A stretch of 53,328 nucleotides of DNA, filler included, from Jimgerdemannia flammicorona (taxonomy: Eukaryota), in the NCBI GenBank assembly GCA_003990765.1. It is 2 parts of 2 records of this genome, joined end to end, with 100 filler letters (N's around TTAATTAATTAA, not from the genome) between each part and the next. Parts side by side here need not be neighbours in the genome. Positions count along the whole stretch, not along the records: positions 1 to 26,615 come from RBNJ01000712.1; 1 more part is not named here. One strand, given 5' to 3'. Made by a program: the position numbers and the translations under genes. A model generated the notes under the pieces. That model saw only the letters and a list, made by a program, of their open reading frames with translations, did not search any database and was not told where the DNA came from. Of this stretch, positions 13,244 to 23,984 are shown in pieces. Position 1 is the first letter of the stretch, and every line of letters starts with the position of its first letter.

Positions 13244-13429
13244 TATAATGGTGACTCCAGAATAATAACATCAGCACAGAAGATAGCCTTTCCTTGCAAG
13301 CCACCAGATCAGAGCACAAGAAGATCATACAGTATATGAGATGAGCAATGATGACCAATTGTGAGTCATTGTGACCACAGTACAAGCATCCTGAAGAATA
13401 TAAAAGAAGGATCAAGAAACTGCAGTAGC
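13244..13429 (+). repeat. Truncated 3' LTR of element 1
   Basis: 186-bp direct repeat of 6009-6194 with 17 differences, all transitions. The terminal TG has mutated to TA. Confidence 0.9.
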
Positions 13430-14169
13430 TAAGTATATTATTAGTATATCTTATAGATAGAATTTTCTTCTTTATATATCTACTAATAGTATTAATATTT
13501 ATATAATTAATTAGTCTTAATTCTACTATATATATTAAATAAACTTTTATAGTTAAGGAACTATTAATTACTTATAAAGTACAGCAAACAGTAAGATAAT
13601 ATTACTATAGAGTTGAAATCAGTAATAATTTATAATAGTGATTCTACTATAGGTAGTGAGCAAATTTATATAGTAGTTAATTTCTATAGTATATCATACT
13701 TTCTGATATTATGATTCTTGTCTTACTAATTAATCTGAATACTAATTTTAAAGAAGGAGTAGTCTGTATATATAATTATACTAAAATTCTCATTCTTTTA
13801 AATTTTTGTAATAATTCTTTAGTACTTGTTCACTGGTATCAATTTGTTTATTATAAACTCATTCATAATTTTGATATTTTTAATTTAATTCTACTATAGT
13901 ATATAGAAGATATAGTTTATATATATTATTTCTGATTTTAAAGCAAAGAGAAAGAGTGATAATTATTTCTTTATTAGGATATGTCTGATTTAGTTATATA
14001 GTATCTATAGTATTTTATATTCTTCTTCTGATATATAGTCACTATATTGGCTAGAGCTCTTAGTTATTTTCAAAATATTAGTATAATATTTCTTTATTAG
14101 TAGGATAATTCTTATAAGGCCTTTTAATAATTGGTAATTTTGGAAATAAATTGAATAATGCTGAGTCTG

Positions 14170-14305
14170 TTCTGTATAACTCAGCAGTTATATGAATAAA
14201 ATCAGTCTTTGAATTATTGCTCTTATGTGACTTGGCAGTTATATAAATAATGGTCTATCTTAAATTGCTACTTTTATATGACTTAGCAGTTGTATAAATA
14301 TCAGT
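14170..14305. repeat. Degenerate ~51-bp tandem repeat (about 2.7 copies)
   Basis: A tatgactt(a/g)gcagttatataaata-like core recurs at ~14176, ~14227 and ~14278. Confidence 0.6.
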
Positions 14306-15442
14306 TACTTGTTTCAAATAGAGTACTATTTTAATGACTTACTGTAGTGAGTTTCTTATTTAGTAAGCATATAGTCCTCAGGACTTTAAAACTACAGTCT
14401 TAATGTCTTTAGCAAATCTATATAAAATCTGTACTAAATTTGGACAAATTGTGCAGTAAAATACTATATCCAGAATTTTACATAATATCTAACACTATAT
14501 TTTCACTTTATGCAAATTCTTTACAAAACTTTATACTGATTATATACAGCATTATCTTGTATATAATATTTATATAATTATCCAGTACTAATTTAGCACA
14601 AAATAATTCTTTGTAGAATCTATACCAAATTTTGCACCATATTTAAGTCAGCACCAAATCTGATACTGGATCTTGCATCCAATATTTTCTGCACACATTT
14701 TGTACAAAGCTCTGTACTGAGTATATACTGAATGCAGATTCCACACACACTATGCATAAGAATATTTTTCAGATGTTGGCCTGAAGAACGTTTGTTTGAT
14801 CTGCCTGGCTTAAAATCACACGAAGGGATCGAAAATTGGGGATATTGTTAGACGAACAACACGGAATGGAGCTCAGCCACGTAACCGACGGTCACCCAGT
14901 GCCGCTTCGTTTTCTTGGAGACATGTTGAAAATTTTGTTAGATCAGTTAATAATGAGCGTCACGAATCGATAAATGCCTGGATTACTTGAACACTGCGCT
15001 TCGAATGGATTAGTTGATGGCATGAAACGTTTCATTTCATTTACATCACCCTCCTCTTCAGAGCCTTGGCCTACATTATCGGCATCGCTTGTATAAACTT
15101 TGGCAACGAAGCTGGCTAAACCTCCGAAAATGCGAGGAAGACCCAAATCTCGGAGACTGGCGTCCCAACATTATTGAGAAAGGCATAAAATTCTATAACT
15201 TGCATCGCCAACTAGATGACTTCCTTGACAACCAATTTGGAAGTCGAAGGTATTGCCCAACAATGCAGAAATTCAATTCTACATGGCACTCCACTATGGT
15301 GGTTGTAAGTGATCTATCAAAGCAAATTGAGTGAGCTACAGCGAACCGATATTTGGAGGCGCAGTTAATTTTGCTGCATGTTATCAGGGGGGGTGCGTTG
15401 TAATTACCTGAGGGCAGCAGAGGTGCTCCTTGCGTCACACTT

Positions 15443-15597
15443 TAGTGACGTCACTATTTCGTATCGTCTGATGACGTATTTTGCGCTGATGACGTCTAGT
15501 GAACTGATAACGTCTAGTGCACTGATGACGTCTAGTGAACTGATAACGTCTAGTGCACTAGTGCACTGATGACGTCTAGTGCACTGATGACGTTTCA
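15443..15597. repeat. 18-bp minisatellite CTGATGACGTCTAGTGCA array with upstream perfect palindrome TAGTGACGTCACTA (CRE-like)
   Basis: Units at 15468, 15486, 15504, 15522, 15540, 15566 and 15584, with alternating A/B variants. Palindrome at 15443-15456. Confidence 0.9.
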
Positions 15598-16442
15598 GTC
15601 CCGTCGCGTCTCATCTATTTTAGACAACAATTTGTTTCGAACACTCCCTGAGTGATTGGCCCGGCGAAAACAGGACACATACAGTAAAAGGCGCTGCTGC
15701 GTCAATCGCTGGTCTGACCTTTGTTGAGGTCATCGTTGTAGAGTGGGATCCGTGGTTCTCTCTCTGTGGACTTGTTGCGAAACGGGTCTCCTAGGTGTAA
15801 ACCGAAGAAATAATCTATATATATATATATATATTAATCTATTTATGATACTAGAGTCAAAATGATCTACTTGGATTATTTTTACTCCTAATAATATAAG
15901 TCTATAGCCACTATATATATGTTTAATCAATGAAAGCTAAAATATGCTCAAGAATCTAGAAAGCTATAAAAAAGGGGTGGGAATAGTAATATAATTAATA
16001 GACCAACAGATTCTATGAGTTTAATTGAACACCATATGCGTATACTGTGATCTTCGGCCTCTTTTTCATAAAGTCGTGACTTTCTAGCATTCACCGGAAG
16101 GCGAATGCGAGTTGGAATCCAGATCGACAAAATATTTATAAAGTATTCATCTCTATAATGGGACGTACTCCTTTCCCTCGACACCAACCGTTCTCCCTGA
16201 GCCGCTACTTGCATTGACTCGGAACTTGCATGCTAAGGTGTGCCATTTACAATTGAACGTACGGTGAGGCCAGTGGCATGCAATCATGTAATGAACAGCA
16301 ATCGACACCATGCATGCCTAGGATGTACATTAATGATAACATTTTATTTTTGTTTTAAGCGATGATATACTTTACACAATATTTAAAAGAAATTAAAACA
16401 TTCATTCCATTCCATCATTCTTGCACCCATGTCCACGGTCTC

Positions 16443-18869
16443 TCAATCTCTATTGGCTTGAACAGAGGTACTGAGCTTCACTTTCGGGAGAAACAGACTG
16501 GCCACAAACGTGAGCACGGCGAATACAATATTGATTGAGAATGTCCATTGAATGGCGTGGAAGTATGCCGTGACCACGATATCCTTGTATTCGGGCGGGA
16601 GAGTTCGGATCGCGTCGACCGATTTGCGAGCAGTGTCAATGATCTTGGTGATGTGGAAGAGAGAAATAAGTTCATCAAACTCAGTGCATGAAAACTTGGT
16701 AGCGCAAAAGGACATTCGGATTTGCAAGATGCGGCGATTTTTAACGTCAAAAGAATGAGCCGTTGATGGTTTGTACTCACCAATTCCGCATTCGGACCAT
16801 GGATGTTTGCAATCAGCTCGGATTTCAAAAGAGATTGGAAAGTAGCGGAGCATATCGATATACCCAATACGCCTCCAGTCGACCGGAACAAGTATGACAT
16901 TGACGCAGCCACTGCAATATCTACCAAAGCGAATCAACAAATCCTGTGAGTCAAAATGATTACTGAGAGTAACAACAAATGAGTAGATTTGAATAACTTC
17001 ACTCCGACGACCACGAACCTTTTGGCTCGACACTGGCCAACATCGCAATTAGCGTGGTGGTCAGTCCCGATCCGAACCCGAATCCGACGATCACCAGCGG
17101 GGCAGAATATTGCCAATTGGGACCGCGCTCCAGGTTCCATGTCTTGAGCCCGCATGATCCCACAATTGTCAAGAAGAAGACAACCCACGTCAGCCCCCGG
17201 TACGTGCCGGTGCGCGTCATCAGTAGTCCCGCTGAGAGAGACCCGATCGCTGCGCCGACCACCTGGGGGACAAAGGCCAGGCCCGCTTGGGACGCGCTGG
17301 TGCCGTAGACAGCCTGTGTGTGCCAAGGGGAAAGGAGGAATGGGACCGAATTGGTGAGATCACTAGTGCAGTTGTTTTGGTCCAAAACGGAGATTTGATA
17401 ACGGTGAAGGGCGAGATATGTACCTGGAAATACAGCGGCACAAAGAAAATCATGGCATACGAGTTTATGCTCCCAAAGAAATTTGTCATAGACACCACGA
17501 ACGGAGCCCGCGCGCTGAACACTCGCCAAGGCAAGATGGGCTCACTTGCGACCTTGGCCTCGATCACTGCGAATGCTACCAGCATTCCAAGGCCGCCAAC
17601 AAGGCACGCGATGACGACAGGCGAATCCCACGACATCGTGTTGCCGCCCCATGACGTGCCCAAGAGCAGGCCCGTCACGCTCAGCACGAGAGATCCGCTG
17701 CCGAAGTAGTCAATCCGCTTAAGCTTGGTGGAGAGAGATTGGGTTGTGGATTTCGTGTTGTAATTGGTGATTTGTGTTGTGGTGATGAAGAAGCAAATGA
17801 CCAGCAGAGGGAGGTTGATGTAGAAGCAGTAACGCCAGCTGAAGTAATCGGCGATCCAGCCTCCGAGAGGGGCGCCAATAAGACTGGCGCTCTGGAAGAG
17901 GTATATCGGGTGAAATCAGTTTTCGTTATCGGTTCGAATTCGTTTCACCGGAGTCTTTCGAGAATCCGTAGTTGACATACATACCGCCCATGCAAGGTTG
18001 CCTATCCCTTGGAACTTTCCCCGCTGACGCATCGATACGACGTCACTCATCACGACGGTGCTCATAGTGTTCAGTCCGCCTAAAGGGATAAGCCATATTC
18101 ATTCACTATTTAGAATTATTGGATAACATTTAGACACGATGACAACTATACTTACCACCACCGAGGCCGGCAATGGCCCTCGCTATGACTAGCGACCAGA
18201 TGTCGGTAGCCGCACCGCATGCGGCTGAACCGATGAAAAACATGGAGGTCGCGAAGAGGAGGGTGGATTTGCGACCGAAGATGTCCGAGAGACGGCCATC
18301 TAGACATAACGGGTGGAAGGTGTATTTGAGACAAATAAATTCCTAACGCCGAAAAATACCAATTTAACGAATCTTCAAAGAAGGTTGGAGAGAATGGGGA
18401 AGCTTACACAGTGGTTGCAGAGCAGTGAAGCTGAGCAAATAGCTGGTGACGATCCACGAGACCTGGTTCGACGCGTGGAACTCGCTGCCAATCTTGGCAT
18501 AGATGGTCGACACAATTGAGCTGTCCAGCGCCGCGAGGAAGACACCGACCCAGAGTCTTTGGTAATGAAAATTTGTGAAGAGGGCGATTTAGTTTGAGAG
18601 AGAAGAATTGGATAGTCCCCGAGCATTGACAGTCGTGGATCCCATACGCAAACTACGGCACGCTTAGCCCTCGAGTTTCCTCTAGACCAGACAAAACCAA
18701 ATCTCATCACAACCTACCCTGTCATGATGATCCAAACGTTCTCGACGGTTTCCATTTCCACCTGAGCCTTTGAACCCGCAGAGGGCTCCTGCTGGGTAGC
18801 CTGATAATCGCCATCCTGACGCTTCTGCCCGTCAAGCAATGGTTTTCTCGCGTCTTCTATTGATGACAT
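16443..18869 (-). CDS. Multi-exon MFS transporter, DHA2 / Vba-like 14-TMS drug or basic amino acid:H+ antiporter
   Basis: ATG at 18869 (MSSIEDARKPLL...). Exons encode LWVGVFLAALDSSIVST, VSWIVTSYLLS, DIFGRK, AIAGLGGG, WRYCFYINLP, FFVPLYFQ, YLFRSTGGVLGISI and C-terminal FLPKVKL..RD*. GT-AG introns separate them; not all exon boundaries were resolved. Confidence 0.92.
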
Positions 18870-19799
18870 TGCGTTTTGCGATCTTCGTGAAATGAGGTGA
18901 TTTCGAGGAATTTATAAGTCACCGGTAGCACAAGAATCAAGGGGCCGGGACCGATCGGGAACGGGGATACAGAACGACTGTCAAACAAAATGAGACTCAC
19001 GAGGAGCATATACCTCACGCCACGTGCGTAGGATACGGGGACCCATCGCCGGCCGTTGGCGACAAATGCAAGAACAGGTGCGGATGGATAGAGCCAGCGC
19101 GTATATCGCGGAAGGGGATGGGTATGTAAGTGGAGAGCTAGAGCAAAGATTTTTTGCGCACTCTCGTTTGATCAACGCCGCAGAACATGACCGAGGATAA
19201 TCCCTGGCCCTGTGCCCTCCCAGATTCAGAACAGGCCCATAAGGAATACCATAAACTGCGGAGACCCGCGTTCATGCTGCATTAAGATTTTACTCCCTAT
19301 GATCATCGCTGCTCCTAATCATTAAGATAAGCCGGTAAATTTTCGGGTGTATAATGAGACCTTACATCCAGCAGATACTCATTGATCCAACGCTCTACTG
19401 GTCTATAGAGAGTCATGAAATGTATTGTATTGGGGAGGGTCTTTTTTTTTTTTTAACAAAAAAAAAGGGGGGGTTTCATGATCTTCAGCTTGTGGCATTC
19501 ATTGATTGTAGTACGAATATCAGGCCTTCTGAGATGAGAACCTTATGAAGGTACTAGCTAGAAACGTTGTCGGGGTTTCCTGTATCGGCAATACAGGAAA
19601 GGCGGTCGTGTGGAAATTGCGGGGTGTGGGATTTTCCGGTTGACACGATTGCCAGAAAAATCAAAGAAACAATCCCAAAATGTAGAACAAGAGCGACCAG
19701 ATATTAGTTTGGTTTGATTATTATCGGGGCAAGGCCTTTTTTGGCATTTGATCGGTTTGCATGTGAGTTTGACTTTTGTGGCTGAGGCATGATTGACCG

Positions 19800-19870
19800 T
19801 TATCAGCGATACTCTTTTTTTTTTTTTTTTTTTTTTTTTTTGGTTTCAAGGTTTATCAGCGATACTCTTT
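19800..19870 (-). mobile_element. TPRT-type micro-insertion (11 nt plus ~24-nt poly-A) flanked by an 18-bp target-site duplication
   Basis: ttatcagcgatactcttt occurs at 19800-19817 and 19853-19870, enclosing a poly-T run plus ggtttcaaggt. Confidence 0.75.
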
Positions 19871-22141
19871 ATGCACACTAAGATAGCCACTTCGTCTTGG
19901 TCCGACGCGCAAATTTCAAGTTGATGAGCATGACGTATTCCAATTTCAAGGGTCTACGTCATACCAATCGTAAATACAACGCTAACTTCCCTCCTACATC
20001 GTGAACTCTCTCACCTCCCATTGCAACCTTTCGTCTCATTATACCAGGCACCAAACCAAATAGCACGGTTTTCGTAAAGTGCGCTGGGGCCGGTCTTTAT
20101 AGCAAGTACCGAATGTGATAAACCGGGCGTGCCTCTCCAAGGCTAGGGTTTTAGAGACCGAATTGTTGATCCAACTTTGCTGTGTCGTTCGTCGATTCAC
20201 CGTGCACGGGAACCCAAGCGGCAGATTCGGCCTTGGGAAGTGAGCTTTGTGATTGTTGGTTTTTCGCCGACGATGTCAGTTGCACTAAGGATGAGTAAGC
20301 TGTTGGTGTGGATGGGTTCAGGTAAGCTTTGCTGGAATCTCAAGATCTCTCCTACTGTGAAAACAGAATAGCAACTGGAAGTTGTTCCAGTTTAATTTGT
20401 AGTATATATTCCGAGGTGACACCGACTTGTGGCGAAGTTGCATGCAAGTCATCTGTGACTTGCAAAGTTGTGTCGATAATCCTACGCCTGTAGGATGCAG
20501 CCCGATGATATAAGTTAGCAGTGAGGATCGAATGCCTTCTCTTCTTTGATTTAAAAGGCCCCTAGGAACTTTGCTTTCGCAATGTTGTTTGTGATCTGAA
20601 CTCAATCAGATTGTCACTTTTCGGAGTATATATACAAACCGATCGTCCGGTTCTCCCCCTGATTATGAGTGAGCACAGTCCCTTCGTCCATCGCACCATC
20701 ACACCATCGCACCATCGCAAGATCGCCCTTAGGGGGCTGGCGGCTCCTGACGTACATTTTGCCATGTCAAGTAGCTTGCATTTAAATCTCCGCGTCACGG
20801 GTACGATGATTATAGGAAGTTCGCGTGGATTCCCGTCTTTCCTTATTCCTCGGAATGTCCGATCTGGGCCCAAAAGGAGTTTCAAAGTTGATCGTGCTCT
20901 CAAAAAAAAAAAAAAAGACGATCCAACGAACCATGTCAAGCTCCGTAACAGCGATGTCACTCTCGTGTTCATTTGTCTTTGCCGACCTCTACCATAATAG
21001 TCTCCAAATCAAGTTCGCAGTTGACGCCATGGAAGAAAGAGAGGTTTCAACATTAAAAAAAAAAAAAAAAAAAAAAAAATTGATTAATTAATAAATAATC
21101 CTGTATGTATGCAAGCACTTGGTGAACTGCAAGGAAATAGTAGCAAGCCACTTTCGTCATAGTTGGTCTTGACAGCTTCTGATATATCCTGTATGTAACG
21201 TAACGCGAGGATTTAAAGCTACGATGCAAAATACTACCCCTGAATGAGATTAGGCGATGGGCTGATGGTAATGTTCATCTCGGACCTCGGAACTGCAAGT
21301 TTTTGACCATTCATGAATGCTTGTCGTCTATGCTACTCATTCGGCATTTCATTCCTCTATCCATGAACGTTAGGATGCGTCGCGATTATTTCCTGTGAGA
21401 TTCGTACATGAACCTATCGTCTTTGTTGTGTAGAATTTTCTATCTGCAAGGGAAACCTGCGGATTGATGGATCGGTTCCGAAATGGGCATCAATATATAG
21501 TGAACCCCCAGATTGGAAGTATCCCTTGCAAGGGCGTTAGGGGCAAGATCCACGCCTGTACTACAAGGTTGCCCTTAAGCTCGCCTTAATAGATACAAAT
21601 AATATAAATCAAAGTTAACTCCTCGCTCGGATTTGGTATCCTTAACATTACGTTATTATTTGATTGAGAGGTGTATTTATTCTATTGTAATCTCGCAAAG
21701 CAAATCAACTTATCATCCAGAGGGACGAAAGGAATGGATGTGCGGTGTATTAATCCACGATGTTTGACTCAGAACATTCGCCACGCGACGGACACGTGAC
21801 TTTGTGCGACAGCCTTTTTCAAATTGACGTGCTCTAGATGATAAGGCTAACGTTATACATAGTCAAAGCCGTACCTTATTCGGAGCACCGCGTTATTTAC
21901 AAAGCCTTAAATGAAGCCAAACTTCCTTCATCCCGTGTACCCCCCGCCGTGTATACAAAGTCATGGCACCACTAGAGCGGAGGATGTAACAAACAAGATT
22001 TGATTGCGGACAAACAAGGAAATGTCGGAAATTTGACAGATGCGCAACGCATAAATAGACGCGACGTTTCCGACGATCATGGCCCTCCAGCAGGTTCCAA
22101 AGTAACAATTGTCTATATTCTTCCGCCCAATTTCCATAAGC

Positions 22142-22886
22142 ATGCGCTACATCACTCTGCTCACCCTCGCAGCATTGGCCCTAGCCGCCCAGACTGTCGC
22201 CCAAGACGATAATCAATCGGGTAGTGGAAAGGGAAAGGGAAAGAAGGGGAAGGGGAGGAAAGGGATGGGGAAGGCAAGGATGACCTCGACGTCCTCGATA
22301 ACCACGACGACCAAGACGACCAAGGCGACCAAGACGACAACAGAGCCGCCGAAACCGACCCCCGGTAATGGCTACACGGTCAAGAACGCACAGGGAACTC
22401 GTTTTGGTACTGCTTTGAATGGCAACGCGTGCAACATCAGCGGAGCTGATCCGGCCGTTGCCGTCAATCGATCCGTAAGTCTTCTCGAGATTGCACTTTG
22501 CTCGTATGGCGATATGTTTTCACCGATTTATTAACCCGCCTCGATTACATTTGTGCGCTTCAACAGTGGTTTAAATCCGCCAACCCCAACAGCGACCCCA
22601 TCTGCGGCAAGACCGTCGCCATCACAAATTCGGATGGCAAAACGGTATATGCCACGGCCGTCGATGAATGTGTAGCTTGCGAAGCCGACAACCATCTCGA
22701 CATGACGTGAGTTTTTTTTTTTTTTTTTTTCGTCTCCGCCTCCGCACAATAAGACAAACTTCTAACCAAACTCTCCGCTATCTGTTTGTTTGCTGCAGAG
22801 ACGGTGTCTTCTACACCCTTGGTGGGACGGATGCGACCGGGCATTGCTACAACCTCCAATATACCATCTTAGATTGGAGCCTTTGA
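22142..22886 (+). CDS. Secreted expansin/loosenin-like (RlpA-like double-psi beta-barrel) protein, ~186 aa, 3 exons
   Basis: Exons 22142-22474, 22567-22706 and 22799-22886 (GTAAGT/CAG, GTGAGT/CAG; frame-consistent). Signal peptide MRYITLLTLAALALAAQTVA, G/K-rich and Thr-rich linker, DPBB motifs GNAC, AVAVN, NPNSDPICGKTV, VDECVAC and HLDM. Confidence 0.9.
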
Positions 22887-23984
22887 AATGCAAGAGCTCA
22901 ATAGAATTGTCAATGAAAGTTTGGCTGGAATCAAGCCTTCATCTGGCATTAGAGTATTGAAAAAGAAAAAGAAAAAAACTAGACATAGCATTCCATATCT
23001 ATCAATTTCCTCTAACTGAGCCTTATGCATCGATTGTATATAACTCGCTGCGCCAAAATAAACTGTGCTCACAGCTTTTCTCGTAAAACCTCGACACCAT
23101 TAATACTGCTTATGGGGGGGGGGGGCTAATAGCCAATTTACCGTTACGGGCGCGTCTGGTGCGCTTTTCCTCACTACCCGCGATATTGTCTCTGGGTTTT
23201 TTGTTTAGCACCTTCTACAATAAGGAGTGATTACTGTGATGCTCCATAACGACGACGCTCAAACACTGTACTCTATATTTATCAACCAAAGCTAATAATT
23301 AAGTGCTCTGATAAAGCCGCAGGGTCCGATTCTCGAATGCATGGTGGTATGTATATACGCAACTAACCTCGGGAGGTGTATTAAGCCTGCTGACCTGCAA
23401 CCATTATAATTCTTCCCACAATTCACAGCGCAGTGTCGAAGTGTTTGGTTGATTCATTTTTACCAGATCCTTCGTACTATTCGAAGGCGGGATGAAGCTC
23501 ACAGTGAGGATGTGTTTTGAAAGCAGAACTAAGGACAAAAAAAAAACAAAAAACAAAAAACGAAGGGGAGGGAAAGGGAGGGAGAAGGAGGGGGATAATA
23601 AAGAGAAAGAAAGCTATATCTATATACATCGTGGGCCATTTCGGCGACACTACGAAGAAATATAAAAAATAAAATAAAATAAAATAAACAACTAGGTAAA
23701 AAGAGAAACCCGGGCAGGAATTGAAAAGGGAAGCGTTGGGTATTTTTGTGAGGGATACAAAAGGGTTTAAAATGCGGGTGAAGGAAACCGTGGATGTGGG
23801 GGGATTGTCTTTAAAATACAAGGTCGCAATGCAGCAAAACAATCAAAGCAAGGAAAAGGGTTTAAAATAAAAAATAAAAATAACGTGGCAATTTAGCGTC
23901 GAAGGCAGCCAGTGCTCATGACATTGTTCGTGATGCTTTGATACATTTCAACGCGAGGGTCAATTTCAGCGAGTCGCTTTACTT

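Larger units (their letters stand above)
6009..13429 (+). mobile_element. Ty3/Gypsy LTR retrotransposon 1 (decayed; 3' LTR truncated)
   Basis: 5' LTR TGTAAT..GTGACA at 6009-7544, PBS-like TGGTACCC at 7548, gag-pol remnants, purine tract AGAAGGAAGA at 13234-13243, and a 3' LTR start at 13244-13429 matching 6009-6194. Confidence 0.92.

Noticed and set aside
14790..15440. CpG-rich stretch with short ORFs on both strands
   Set aside because: No recognisable motif or consistent exon structure. It may be a pseudogene or TE fragment, but cannot be supported without a search.
15468..15597. Short direct-repeat array as a possible CRISPR
   Set aside because: Units are head-to-tail with no unique spacers, there are no cas genes, and the context is eukaryotic.
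19576..19600. 10-bp-stem hairpin TTTCCTGTAT-CGGCA-ATACAGGAAA
   Set aside because: Isolated, with no CTRR Helitron end or other context. Could be chance.
20560..21091. Overlapping 88-136 aa ORFs in the intergenic region
   Set aside because: They run through homopolymer tracts and show no domain or splice support.
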